Part shown: one piece after another, positions 20,600 to 29,916 of the stretch
Layout: every line of letters starts with the position of its first letter
How positions within the stretch are numbered: the stretch's first letter is position 1
Source: a virus
Taxonomy: Duplodnaviria > Heunggongvirae > Uroviricota > Caudoviricetes
Virus record (IMG/VR): IMGVR_UViG_2534681834_000006
Direction: 5' to 3' (one strand)
Length of the DNA stretch: 64,000 bases
Program-made: the position numbers and the translations under genes
Notes under the pieces: model-generated
The model's database searches: none
Seen by the model: only the letters and a program-made list of their open reading frames with translations
What the model was told of the DNA's origin: nothing

Positions 20600-22189
20600 T
20601 TACTTAATAAGCAGCGGTACGCCCTGGATACGACGGGCTACGCCAGTCGGGCAGCAGGCCCAGACTACTTCCCATTTATCGAATTCCGCCTGCGTAACTT
20701 TCAGCACATACGGTTCTGTACCGTCAGCATCGGGATCACGAGGAGCCACCAGAGCGCCGGAGGCGACAAAGCGATCTAAAAGTTTGGTCATCCCTTTAGT
20801 CAGGCCAGCCGCAGTAATACCGTCCGGGCTATGCTTCATCTGTCGGGCTAACTGGACAAAGAAACGGCTGATTGCATTCATCAGGGATGGGACGTGCTGG
20901 AAGTGCAGATAGTTATCCTGCGTGCAGCAAGTTAAAGCATCGTCGATGATCATCTGGCCAGAGGTGCCAACAGATACTTTATTGAGACGGCCCTTGACCA
21001 TTGCTTCTTCGTCCGGGGTATCTTCCGGATACAGCGGTTGAATTGACGCACGAGCAATGACGGCACGTTCTTCACCAGCCGGTGAGTAATGCCAACCGCC
21101 GACATCAGAGTTTTTCTTGACGCCATGAGCTTTCGCCGCATACGCCACGCCAGACAGACCAAAGACCACACGGGATTGGGTCCATTTGTCTTTGCAGGAG
21201 AACGGGTAGTGATAGACAGAACAGCTTACATAATCGGTACCAAGTAAACCGGTACCCTCAACAGCTGTTAGTGCTTCTGCGTACCTTAATGTCGGTTTGA
21301 CATCAAAGAAGCCATCAATCAGGCGATCTGCACAGATTTTACCTAATGCGGTGATAGCCGCATTGTCATAGCAGCCCAGGCCAAGAACAGCGGTGTACAT
21401 GTACGGCGCATTGTTCAGCACTTTCACCGCACGCAGGTACGCAGCGGTTGAGATTTTCGACTGATCACCGTTGGTACCACCAGTGAACGCCAACGATTTT
21501 TTGTTTGTTACTTTCGCTGTAGAAATCAGATCTTCATTAACAACCGCGCGCAGATATTTAGAACGAGCTTCCAGAGCCGTAGGCAGATAACACAAGCGGC
21601 CCATGTCATCTTTCGCTTCTTCCGCCAAAGACACAGTGTGTGTCTCCAGGGTCGTTACCACACCAAGCGAAGTCGTCTGGGTCAGTTTTAAGATGAAGCG
21701 TTCATTACTCGCGCTGTCCGCTGTTGCCGTTTCGATGGTTAACTCACGGGTAGGTGAAATACACGGATCACCATCATCAACGTAGATAGCAAAGGCTTCG
21801 CCGCTATCAAGTTCAATTTCAGAACCGTATGGCAACGCACTGTAAGCCGGTTCGCCTGATTCATCGAACATAATAATCGGGAACTTCGCATCATCCGGAA
21901 CAGCACGGACAACATAACCAGACGTTTGCTGAATAGCTTCGTATACATGGCGAATTGGTTCGAACTGTGGGCCGGAAGACGGCTTCAGCGGTTCGCCGAG
22001 AACATCTTCGTAATTGGACTCAGTAACCGCAAGAACAGTAAACGGCTTGCCACGCGCAAATACGCCAATACCAGCCCACAAGCTGCTATTTAATGCAACA
22101 CCGGTAGATAACGTCGCATCGGCATTGATCGGGCTAACCGCGACGCCGGATGCATTACCTAATGACTGTTGAATTGAATATTGAGACAT
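20600..22189 (-). CDS. contractile tail sheath protein (putative)
   Basis: 529 aa; sheath-like N-terminal pattern (GVAVSP...GIGVFARGKPF...VTE..YEDVLGEP) and C-terminal ...LLDRFVASGALV... Confidence 0.5.
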   Translation of the reverse strand: MSQYSIQQSLGNASGVAVSPINADATLSTGVALNSSLWAGIGVFARGKPFTVLAVTESNYEDVLGEPLKPSSGPQFEPIRHVYEAIQQTSGYVVRAVPDDAKFPIIMFDESGEPAYSALPYGSEIELDSGEAFAIYVDDGDPCISPTRELTIETATADSASNERFILKLTQTTSLGVVTTLETHTVSLAEEAKDDMGRLCYLPTALEARSKYLRAVVNEDLISTAKVTNKKSLAFTGGTNGDQSKISTAAYLRAVKVLNNAPYMYTAVLGLGCYDNAAITALGKICADRLIDGFFDVKPTLRYAEALTAVEGTGLLGTDYVSCSVYHYPFSCKDKWTQSRVVFGLSGVAYAAKAHGVKKNSDVGGWHYSPAGEERAVIARASIQPLYPEDTPDEEAMVKGRLNKVSVGTSGQMIIDDALTCCTQDNYLHFQHVPSLMNAISRFFVQLARQMKHSPDGITAAGLTKGMTKLLDRFVASGALVAPRDPDADGTEPYVLKVTQAEFDKWEVVWACCPTGVARRIQGVPLLIK

Positions 22190-22249
22190 AACTTTCCCTG
22201 TTATGCGCCCCGCACGGGGGCGCTATGTTAAACGGAGAACTTCCCCTGA

Positions 22250-23977
22250 TTACTCAGAGTCACCGGCATCAATCGTGTCGCCGCTAATGAAGTTAAGCCC
22301 GCCTTTTTTGGCCATTGTCAGCGTTACACGAGTGAAGTAATCAGCGCCGTTGCGTGGGTGCATATCGTTGATAGCCGAACCCCACAGCGTGGTACGGTTG
22401 ACCAGCGCCGGAGTGGTCGGATGCTGGAACGGGATGGCCGGGACAGCATCACCAGTCACGAAGCCTGCTTTACCCGGATTTTCATCACGGACGTAGCACA
22501 GCACATCCATCGAGCTGAACTGAATGTTCTCTGTCGTTAAGTTCTTACAAATACCAGCAGGTACTTCGTACACTTTCACGTTACCGAACAGGGTACCGAT
22601 GTAGTGAACATACGGAGTCTGGATATAGTCTTCGGCTGGCTGGAAGAAATCCTTCGGCAACTGTTTGAAGAAAGATGCTGCATCAGCACCAGCAAACATC
22701 CCCATCGCACCAGAAGATTTAACGCGCTCAATAATGTCGCGATATACAGTCTGGAATTTGCCACGAATGATGGTTGCCCATACATCAAAGGACTGGTTAA
22801 CCGGCAGAGCGATGTCAAAGGTGTCGGTCGCAAGAGTACGCCAGATCATGATGCGAAGACGCAGCATATCCTGTTCATGAGACAGGTATTCCTTCAGGGT
22901 GCGGAACTGTAGGGAACCCAGGTCCAGACCAAATTCACGCTGTGCTTCATACGCCGCCTGTACCGTGTGCTCAGCCGCGATAACGAACTGGCTTGGGAAC
23001 AGGGTGTATTTCTTCATTTCGTGGTTGATCAGCGGGATCAGCTCAGGAGCGGCTTCAATATTGATTTCCGTCTCAATTGCGATCTCAGTGCCTTTATCCG
23101 GCGCTTTGGAGAACGACAGGGCAATCTGACCAATGTTGTAGTTCAGAGAGCAGGTAACAGTGATTTGCTCACCAGCAGCATTAGTAAACGAGTGAAGTAG
23201 GCTGCCGGAACCGTTATCAACAACAGACTTAATACGGTTAACGTAGATGTTAGTACGACCTTTTCGGATTGGTACATTCTGGCCTTCGAAGTCTTCCATC
23301 TTGAAGGTTGCGGTTTTGCTGGTGCCATCGGAGCTTGCCACCAGCACATAGCGGCGACGTAACTGGCTGTACACACCGACGGATTGCATGTCCAGAACAT
23401 CACCAGCAGCATAAGAACCAAAAGAGGAACCTGCCACGTTAAAGACTTCATAGATGTCGGACTGGTCACGCGTAACCGGAATGAAGGTACACGCATCAGC
23501 GGTAGCTGCCCCCAACTGAACAGGCAGGATCATCGCGAGGAATAAAGGCAGACGCATAACACCGTCAGAAACGCTCATCATCTCTGCTGCGACGGATTCC
23601 AGCATCGCTTTATTAGTGGCATCCATGCTATTGCGGGTGGACTCAATCAGGCAGTTTTCCAGCGTCTGGTGGCAGGAGGCCAGAATTTCCGGACGCGGCA
23701 TAGATTTATGTGCTGCGGCGTAGTCAGCCAGTGCACTTGCCCACGCTGTAGCGATTTGAGCGGTGGCATTATCAGAGATACCCGCAAAAACCGGGTCTTT
23801 ACGTGCAGCTTCAAGGATAGATGCGGCACGCGCGGCATCATCTTTAATGAATTGGTTATCAGTACCGAACTGCGCAGTGCTTGCCCAGCCAAGCACAGCT
23901 TTAGAGCGTTTTGCGATATCTGCAATACGATTCTGGTATTCGCGTAAGTTACTCAATTTACTCTTCCTTAAACACAA
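22250..23977 (-). CDS. large virion structural protein (candidate major head protein); start codon uncertain
   Basis: 575-aa ORF adjacent to parS as for the P1 head gene; track start is a TTG. Confidence 0.4.
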   Translation of the reverse strand: MCLRKSKLSNLREYQNRIADIAKRSKAVLGWASTAQFGTDNQFIKDDAARAASILEAARKDPVFAGISDNATAQIATAWASALADYAAAHKSMPRPEILASCHQTLENCLIESTRNSMDATNKAMLESVAAEMMSVSDGVMRLPLFLAMILPVQLGAATADACTFIPVTRDQSDIYEVFNVAGSSFGSYAAGDVLDMQSVGVYSQLRRRYVLVASSDGTSKTATFKMEDFEGQNVPIRKGRTNIYVNRIKSVVDNGSGSLLHSFTNAAGEQITVTCSLNYNIGQIALSFSKAPDKGTEIAIETEINIEAAPELIPLINHEMKKYTLFPSQFVIAAEHTVQAAYEAQREFGLDLGSLQFRTLKEYLSHEQDMLRLRIMIWRTLATDTFDIALPVNQSFDVWATIIRGKFQTVYRDIIERVKSSGAMGMFAGADAASFFKQLPKDFFQPAEDYIQTPYVHYIGTLFGNVKVYEVPAGICKNLTTENIQFSSMDVLCYVRDENPGKAGFVTGDAVPAIPFQHPTTPALVNRTTLWGSAINDMHPRNGADYFTRVTLTMAKKGGLNFISGDTIDAGDSE

Positions 23978-24086
23978 GGCACTTGTGTGAATCCCTTTTC
24001 GGAAGAGATTTTATTGAAAGTCACTTGTTGACTTTCTCGTGACAAGCAATTTTTTTATTTTTTCGGGAGTAGGGGAGGAAGGTAAA

Positions 24087-24170
24087 ATCCAAGGTGAAGT
24101 CGTGGCGATTTCACCTTGAAATTTTAGAGGGATTTACTTTAAAAACAGTAGTTTAATAGTGAAATTTGAA
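24087..24170. promoter_or_regulatory. parS-like partition site (ParB heptamer and hexamer boxes)
   Basis: Directly downstream of parB: gtgaagtcgtggcgatttcacc...agtgaaatttgaatggcga with ATTTCAC and TCGCCA motifs around an AT-rich core. Confidence 0.6.
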
Positions 24171-24180
24171 TGGCGAAAGT

Positions 24181-25182
24181 TTAAGGCTTCGGCTTTTTAT
24201 CGAGGCTCTTTCTAAGGATATGCCCAATCATCCTGTCGAGTTCTTCCTGTAGCTCTTTTGAAAGTCGATTAAACTCATAAGAAAATGCACGGCCTTTCAC
24301 GCGCTTCCTTGCAAAGCGATCCTTGTCCTCAAATTTCCATAATTCAGTAACTACGGACTTATCTTTAGAACCTTTATCCGTGAGTAGTGAGGCTTCCTTT
24401 GTTATCAAGCGCAGGATTTTATTTTTAACTTCATCTTCGGCCATTTCTTCAATGGATAAGATGTCGTTTATTTCCGGGGATATATTTTGAATAAGCTGAT
24501 CAAACTCTAAATTCTTGTTCCCCATTTCGTCGCCAACAGCACAAAGCGTTTTGTAGTCCGAAAAGGTTAATTCCGACTGCACAGGGAAAAGGGCGACTAA
24601 TTCTTCCGGAGCACTCGCTGCCTGGAGAGCACGCGTGACCTTCGCCTGAGACAGCCCTTCTTTGGCTGCAATATCCTTCTGACTCATCCCATCATTTTTC
24701 ATTCGCATCAAACGCAGACCTATTTCTCGAATGCTGTGCTGCAATGCTGTCTGAACGTCTTTCGCTAAATTTAGCGCTTCCTGAACGCTGATCTCCTGGT
24801 CCGTGACTAAAACCCGCAACCCTACGTTCTCTAAGATGGCAGAAGCTCGACGCCGGGAACCATCCAAAATTTCAATTTTCCCTGTTGCCCGTCTAACACC
24901 TATTGCAGGGTAAAATTGCTGATGCTTAATAGTGCTTCGGATACTTTTTAATGATTTTGGCGTAAGAGATGCCTGGTCACGCCCGTTGTTATGCTGATCA
25001 ACAAAGGTATCGCTTTCTACCTGGTTCGGAGGTATTACCTCTTCAATAAATGTGGCCTGGCGACCAGTTGATAACTTGAATACCTGCTCGACTCGATCGC
25101 CAGAGGCTGAAGAACTATCAAATCCGCTTAATATTGAAGGATTAAGGGTTCGCCCAATTGTTGGTCTGTTTTTCTTTGACAT
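24181..25182 (-). CDS. parB: partition protein ParB (P1 type)
   Basis: 333 aa MSKKNRPTIGRTLNPSILSGFDSS... matching P1 ParB as recalled. Confidence 0.9.
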   Translation of the reverse strand: MSKKNRPTIGRTLNPSILSGFDSSSASGDRVEQVFKLSTGRQATFIEEVIPPNQVESDTFVDQHNNGRDQASLTPKSLKSIRSTIKHQQFYPAIGVRRATGKIEILDGSRRRASAILENVGLRVLVTDQEISVQEALNLAKDVQTALQHSIREIGLRLMRMKNDGMSQKDIAAKEGLSQAKVTRALQAASAPEELVALFPVQSELTFSDYKTLCAVGDEMGNKNLEFDQLIQNISPEINDILSIEEMAEDEVKNKILRLITKEASLLTDKGSKDKSVVTELWKFEDKDRFARKRVKGRAFSYEFNRLSKELQEELDRMIGHILRKSLDKKPKP

Positions 25183-25198
25183 GGGGGTTTCTTACTCC

Positions 25199-26395
25199 TC
25201 AGTTAGATCTGATAAATTCAATACGGTCAAAAACTGCTTTAGCAAAATCTTCCGCGGCAATTCGCGCGTTCTTCAATGCATCAGCACTACCAACATACGT
25301 TGCCGGGTTAGCTGAAATAACAGTGTCAAAAGACTCGCCGCAACGTTCAAAACCGTCAAGGCGAGGGAGGACGACATCGAGCATATCCCCACCGAACACT
25401 TCTTTAGCCAGGCTATGGCAATACTTATGATCTGCCTTGTTACTCAACTTGGACATAAAACCAATGTTAGTCGCAAGCTGGCACTCGCAGCCTTCATCCG
25501 AAATGAGTTTCACCAACTCAGGAAGGCGGGCAACGTATTTAAGCGATGAGTGGAAATCGACAGTTGCTGGCGGCAGAGGTGTAAACAGTATATTGGCCGA
25601 GGCCAAAGCATTTTTCAGGAAGGCGTCAAGGTGAGGACCACTATCAACGAGGATAAAATCATAATCGCTCTTCAGCTTATCAATCACATTTTCTTTCAGG
25701 ACAGCATGGATGTTCTGACCCGGTAGATGCTCATTGCACAGCTCTCTCCAATCGGATGCAATAAAGGCATCGTCAATCGACGCAGGCATAACGTCAACCC
25801 CAGGTACAACAGAAGGAACAATAAACTCCTCTAACAGCTCTTCACGGCTTACATTCTGCAACATAGCCTGTGCAGATGTTGCGTTTACGATACCAATAGA
25901 GTGTTTATGGCTTAAAAACATCGTTGCTGAAGATTGCGGATCAAGGTCAATAACCAGAATCCTTAAATCTTCCATCAGAAGATGAGGGTGAGCACGCATT
26001 GCATGCGCCAGAGAAACCGTCGATACAGTTTTTGACACACCGCCTTTAAGATTGGAGATGAAAATCACATACGCTTCGCTGTAGCGATCCCGGTATTTTG
26101 GCACTCCGCGATGTTCATATATGTCAATGATGTTCTGAATTGACATCGCATATTTCATTGAAGAGCCAGCAGGGCGCTTATCGAAAACATAACCCTTTTC
26201 TTCCATTTCACTTACAGCATAGTCAACGTTCGCTCGAGTCAGTAGAGGCAATTTTGCCAGTGCCGCTTTCGCATAGACCTGGTAAAACTCGTTCGCGTGT
26301 AGCTCATCCTTTTGCAACTGTACTTGTTCAGTCAGAACATTGAGCATTCTATTTGCTCTTTGAGCAACCTTGTGAAGCTGGCTGGAATCACTCAT
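25199..26395 (-). CDS. parA: partition ATPase ParA (type Ia, N-terminal regulatory domain)
   Basis: 398 aa; deviant Walker A IFISNLKGGVSKTVSTVSLA; upstream of parB. Confidence 0.9.
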   Translation of the reverse strand: MSDSSQLHKVAQRANRMLNVLTEQVQLQKDELHANEFYQVYAKAALAKLPLLTRANVDYAVSEMEEKGYVFDKRPAGSSMKYAMSIQNIIDIYEHRGVPKYRDRYSEAYVIFISNLKGGVSKTVSTVSLAHAMRAHPHLLMEDLRILVIDLDPQSSATMFLSHKHSIGIVNATSAQAMLQNVSREELLEEFIVPSVVPGVDVMPASIDDAFIASDWRELCNEHLPGQNIHAVLKENVIDKLKSDYDFILVDSGPHLDAFLKNALASANILFTPLPPATVDFHSSLKYVARLPELVKLISDEGCECQLATNIGFMSKLSNKADHKYCHSLAKEVFGGDMLDVVLPRLDGFERCGESFDTVISANPATYVGSADALKNARIAAEDFAKAVFDRIEFIRSN

Positions 26396-26563
26396 CGAAA
26401 GTCATCCTTTATGCTGTATTTTTGAATTTAATTAAAAAAGCTGCATAAAATAATAATGTATGCGTAGATGCTTGTACATAGCATTCTCTGCGTGTTTGGT
26501 TCATTTTGCACGATTGAGAGTTACAAGGAGGGCACAAAAAAGCCCCGTTCAGGGGCATCAGTG

Positions 26564-26824
26564 TTATTTGCTAAGAGCAGCGAATAATCGTTCGAAATCG
26601 ATAGTATCTATAGCACGCGTAAGCGCCGGAAGTTCAGCCTCAAAGTACCCATGTCGATCGTAAAAGATGGGACCGAAGAGCGAGGCATGTTGGATTCTAC
26701 TTCGCCCCAGCCCGGACACACAGTTAAGCCCATTACCGGCTAAAAGGCTAAAAAACTTCTCTGGATTATCGTGGTAAAGCTGGGAATCAATGGTGGCGGT
26801 TAACTCTTCCATAGGGAAGCACAC
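26564..26824 (-). CDS. hypothetical small protein (doubtful; lies in the parA promoter region)
   Basis: 86-aa ORF with GTG start and no convincing RBS. Confidence 0.2.
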   Translation of the reverse strand: MCFPMEELTATIDSQLYHDNPEKFFSLLAGNGLNCVSGLGRSRIQHASLFGPIFYDRHGYFEAELPALTRAIDTIDFERLFAALSK

Positions 26825-26845
26825 CCGCCCTGTATCCCAGGGATA

Positions 26846-27373
26846 TTAAGTCCGAAGCATAAACATTGCTTTCAGCAATTCACACTGAGCGCGGATCGCG
26901 TCCGGTTCATAGCCAGATATGGAGACATAAGCCACGTCCCTCATTCCTGCGTCATCTTTGAAAGTCACGATAGAAGTAACATCCAGCTCTTTTTCGAAAG
27001 AGCAAGCAGCATCTACTGGACGCTGAAGTAAATCATTCGACTTAATGCGCTCGAGAATCCCTCCCCACATATCATTTAGATATTCGATATGAGCCAAAAC
27101 CTTATCAAGACACTCTCGTGTAAACCATTCAGTATGCCCGCCACCTGCGCTTTTCTCCCACGGCGCATTCCAGGGGAAAAAGGTTGCGTGTAAAGCCCGC
27201 TCAAGATTAACCATTGCCAAACGCGTACCACGATAGACCCGTGAAAGCGCAAAATCGGGACTCACTTGTAGCCCTTTAAACCGTGCCAATGGACCACATG
27301 AAATGCCGATTTTAAAAGTATCTCCGTTCTCCGGCACCAGAACGTAGAGGTAGTGTTGTTTCTCTTCTTGCAT
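26846..27373 (-). CDS. T5orf172 / GIY-YIG-like domain protein
   Basis: N-terminal YLYVLVPENGDTFKIGIS...RF and later GGGHTEWF fit the T5orf172 pattern. Confidence 0.55.
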   Translation of the reverse strand: MQEEKQHYLYVLVPENGDTFKIGISCGPLARFKGLQVSPDFALSRVYRGTRLAMVNLERALHATFFPWNAPWEKSAGGGHTEWFTRECLDKVLAHIEYLNDMWGGILERIKSNDLLQRPVDAACSFEKELDVTSIVTFKDDAGMRDVAYVSISGYEPDAIRAQCELLKAMFMLRT

Positions 27374-27396
27374 ATCAATACCACTGCTTGATGAGA

Positions 27397-27665
27397 ACCG
27401 CGCAAATGTTGACTATGCGCGAAAGTTAATGTGAATAGTTGACTATGCGCGATGTGACTACAGTCAAAAGTTGACTGTAGTCGATTTAACTCCACCAAAA
27501 ATCGACTATGTAAGATATTGTCGGGAGAAACGTTGACTATACGCGATGAAATGACCCTAAAAGCCATCTCAATAGCGACTTGCAGAATATTGACGCCAGC
27601 AAAAATCCACCAGCGTCAACGAATGTCGCCTATAGTCAACTTCTCGCTATCGCATATAGTCAATA
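27397..27665. repeat. iteron cluster downstream of repA (incA-like)
   Basis: Repeated TTGACTATGCGCGA / TTGACTGTAGTCGA / TTGACTATACGCGA units, plus oppositely oriented TCGCCTATAGTCAAC and TCGCATATAGTCAAT at the repA 3' end. Confidence 0.65.
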
Positions 27666-28550
27666 TTATGGATTGCGCTTATGGATCTGGAAGCCGATTT
27701 TCCTGCCGTTTTTTATCTCTGAAAATTTAAGATATTCAATAGCTTCCAAATCTTTCATAGCTTTTCTGATAACGCTATTTTGCACGCTAACGGATGATTT
27801 GAGATTAAGCCTTGCTCTAAGGCGCTCAATGCTGACAGGTGCCGGGTTGGCGGGTAGAGCCTCAAAGAATGTATACAGCACCTTGGCCGTCTCTTTGCGC
27901 CCGAGCTTATCCAGCATCTTCAGCTTCAGGATTCGCTTATAGTCAACATAGTAAAGTTCAGATAGCTGTTTCTGCGGCTGGATCTCGATAACATCAAGCT
28001 CGGTATTCAGGCTGCTATATGCCAACAAGTTGACGTTAATGTTATTGAGATGACCTTTTGCCGCCGGGAAGCGGAATTTGACAACTGTCTGCTGAATGCG
28101 TGTCAGAGAGTCATCAATACTTTTACGGAACGCCTTTGAAAGGCGCTTACGTGGATAGCCGCATCGATCGGCAAACTCGGAGAATGGCAGGGTGATTATG
28201 CCGTCATCATCAGGTGCGTAGTCAAACAACGCGGAGGTTATGCCCACCCACACCTTAAAATCAGTATCCATATCCAGGCGTGGACCATGTATTTCAATTC
28301 CCTCATAGCCTTCCTGCTCAACAATTTTGAGGCTTGATAGTTCTTCGGTTGCGTTCGTTGTGTTTGTAGTAACTGACGATCCGCGACGTAGTGCCACATT
28401 GGTAGATTTTAAGGTTGGCACAAACACACCTAAGCGCAACAAAGCGATGGGTTGTATAGTGCTATTGTTATTGGGTTTCAGGCTGTGGATTTCTCCTGTA
28501 TTTCCTGCAACTTCTTCAACGCTAAGGAAGCCTTTATTTTCTTCCGGCAT
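27666..28550 (-). CDS. repA: iteron-binding replication initiator RepA (Rep_3 family)
   Basis: RepA/RepE-like sequence (LLRLGVFVP...GPRLDMDTDFKVW...); ATG at 28550 has a ggaga RBS; the ORF is open upstream to 28607. Confidence 0.8.
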   Translation of the reverse strand: MPEENKGFLSVEEVAGNTGEIHSLKPNNNSTIQPIALLRLGVFVPTLKSTNVALRRGSSVTTNTTNATEELSSLKIVEQEGYEGIEIHGPRLDMDTDFKVWVGITSALFDYAPDDDGIITLPFSEFADRCGYPRKRLSKAFRKSIDDSLTRIQQTVVKFRFPAAKGHLNNINVNLLAYSSLNTELDVIEIQPQKQLSELYYVDYKRILKLKMLDKLGRKETAKVLYTFFEALPANPAPVSIERLRARLNLKSSVSVQNSVIRKAMKDLEAIEYLKFSEIKNGRKIGFQIHKRNP

Positions 28551-28628
28551 CGTGGTTTCTCCATATGTGGCGCGGCCTGGCGTCATCTGGATTGCAGTTA
28601 TCAACAACTGTGAATAGTCAGGCTCTAA

Positions 28629-28731
28629 AATCGCGTACAGTCAATGTTTCTGTCGCGTATAGTCAACAATAAATCGCGTGCAGTCAACAATAAATCGTGC
28701 ACAGTCAACATAAAATCGCGTATAGTCAATG
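28629..28731. repeat. five direct iterons upstream of repA (incC/origin-like)
   Basis: aatcgcgtacagtcaa, tcgcgtatagtcaac, tcgcgtgcagtcaac, tcgtgcacagtcaac, tcgcgtatagtcaat at about 21-bp spacing. Confidence 0.7.
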
Positions 28732-28764
28732 TTGATCCCATTTCAGGCCAGAAATGGCGCGGCT

Positions 28765-28841
28765 TACAGCGATCCGGGATCTTCTTTGGATCTTCCTAGG
28801 TTCTCTTTAGGATCTGTTTATTGGATCTATGCTGTGGATAA
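28765..28841. promoter_or_regulatory. plasmid replication origin core: GATC cluster plus DnaA box
   Basis: Five GATC within 60 bp (gatccgggatc, ggatcttcc, ggatctg, ggatcta) and TGTGGATAA at 28833-28841 next to the iterons. Confidence 0.55.
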
Positions 28842-28884
28842 GTTGAATAAACCGGCCAATAAAGCCGGTTGGAAGGAAGCCGTA

Positions 28885-29277
28885 TTATTCTACGCTCTCG
28901 ATAAGAAGACCATGTTCATAACATTTAAGCTCATCGCCTTCGTACAGGAATTGGTATCCAACACCACCATCTTCATGGACATTAGGGAATAACTCATAAC
29001 TCACTGAAGAGCAAATCACACCAATGCAGCGATCAACTCCTTCTCGTTCTTCAGTGCAGAAAAAATCCTCTTCGGTAAGAACATGAGTACATTGCTCATC
29101 AGCATAGGTCGGAAATACATGCTCAATGCAATCCGGGTGTTTTAAACCAAGCTGATCGGCAAGCTCGAAAGCACGACGGTATTGTTCAGATCCTGGCTTG
29201 CCAACAGTGATTTGCTCAATTTTGTAGATTGAAGTCGCTTTGTTGATAGTTTGCTTTACTGTTACTTTATCAGACAT
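28885..29277 (-). CDS. hypothetical protein
   Basis: 130-aa ORF beside the origin; Cys/His-containing. Confidence 0.4.
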   Translation of the reverse strand: MSDKVTVKQTINKATSIYKIEQITVGKPGSEQYRRAFELADQLGLKHPDCIEHVFPTYADEQCTHVLTEEDFFCTEEREGVDRCIGVICSSVSYELFPNVHEDGGVGYQFLYEGDELKCYEHGLLIESVE

Positions 29278-29288
29278 AAAAATCCCTT

Positions 29289-29621
29289 TTAGTTACCGCT
29301 GATAGCGCGGTTGTAATCATTAACGTTGCGATTCTTCCTGTTAATCCCCATCAGCATCGTTTCTGTATCAAGGATATAGGCTGGCAGATCATCAAAATAT
29401 TCACTGCTAAACTCTGGCATCCTGCACATAAATGCACTTTTGGGGGCAGGGTGATTAACCTTTGTCGGCGTCGGCGTTAAATTCGCTGATCGACTCCCGG
29501 AGCAACCGCTGAGTGTCAACAGGAATGCGCTGGCGAACACTACCCGACGCAACCAGTTGTTTCTGAACTTCAGCTTTTCGTTCCATTTGTCTGTCTGCAT
29601 ACTTCGCTTGTTCTGATTCAT
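29289..29621 (-). CDS. outer-membrane lipoprotein, o-spanin-like (Rz1-like), overlapping the upstream gene out of frame
   Basis: Lipobox LLTLSGC then Pro-rich segment TPTPTKVNHPAPK; aggaag RBS; alternative start 29600. Confidence 0.5.
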   Translation of the reverse strand: MNQNKRSMQTDKWNEKLKFRNNWLRRVVFASAFLLTLSGCSGSRSANLTPTPTKVNHPAPKSAFMCRMPEFSSEYFDDLPAYILDTETMLMGINRKNRNVNDYNRAISGN

Positions 29622-29877
29622 TTTTCACTTCCTGGCTGTGAAAATGTTGATCCGCTTTATTCATCGTCTCAATGGTCTGGTTAAGATCAATGATTGACTT
29701 ATCGCGCTCCTTAACAGCCTGATCAAGGCTGCCAATTTTTTCCAAGGCTTGCTTTAACTGATAACGTTCCCATGCAAACCCAGCACCAACAAGTGCGCAA
29801 ATCAGGACAAGAACACCAGTAACAGCAAGTTTCTCCTTCAAAGACAAAGCTGTTTTTAACGTTGAAAAAAACGACAT
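29455..29877 (-). CDS. inner-membrane coiled-coil protein, i-spanin-like (Rz-like)
   Basis: N-terminal TM helix LAVTGVLVLICALVGAGFAW then charged helical region; partner lipoprotein gene overlaps its 3' end. Confidence 0.5.
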   Translation of the reverse strand: MSFFSTLKTALSLKEKLAVTGVLVLICALVGAGFAWERYQLKQALEKIGSLDQAVKERDKSIIDLNQTIETMNKADQHFHSQEVKNESEQAKYADRQMERKAEVQKQLVASGSVRQRIPVDTQRLLRESISEFNADADKG

Positions 29878-29916
29878 TTCTTCCTCCTGAAGAAAAATTA
29901 TCTGTGAAGTCCTTTG

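Noticed and set aside
27397-28731. Regularly spaced short repeats suggestive of a CRISPR array
   Set aside because: Units are about 14-19 bp iterons with degenerate sequence and no unique spacers, and they flank a RepA gene; no cas genes in the window
28729-28992. Track ORF 28729-28992 (+) next to repA
   Set aside because: It spans the GATC cluster and DnaA box of the replication origin and has no RBS; most likely non-coding
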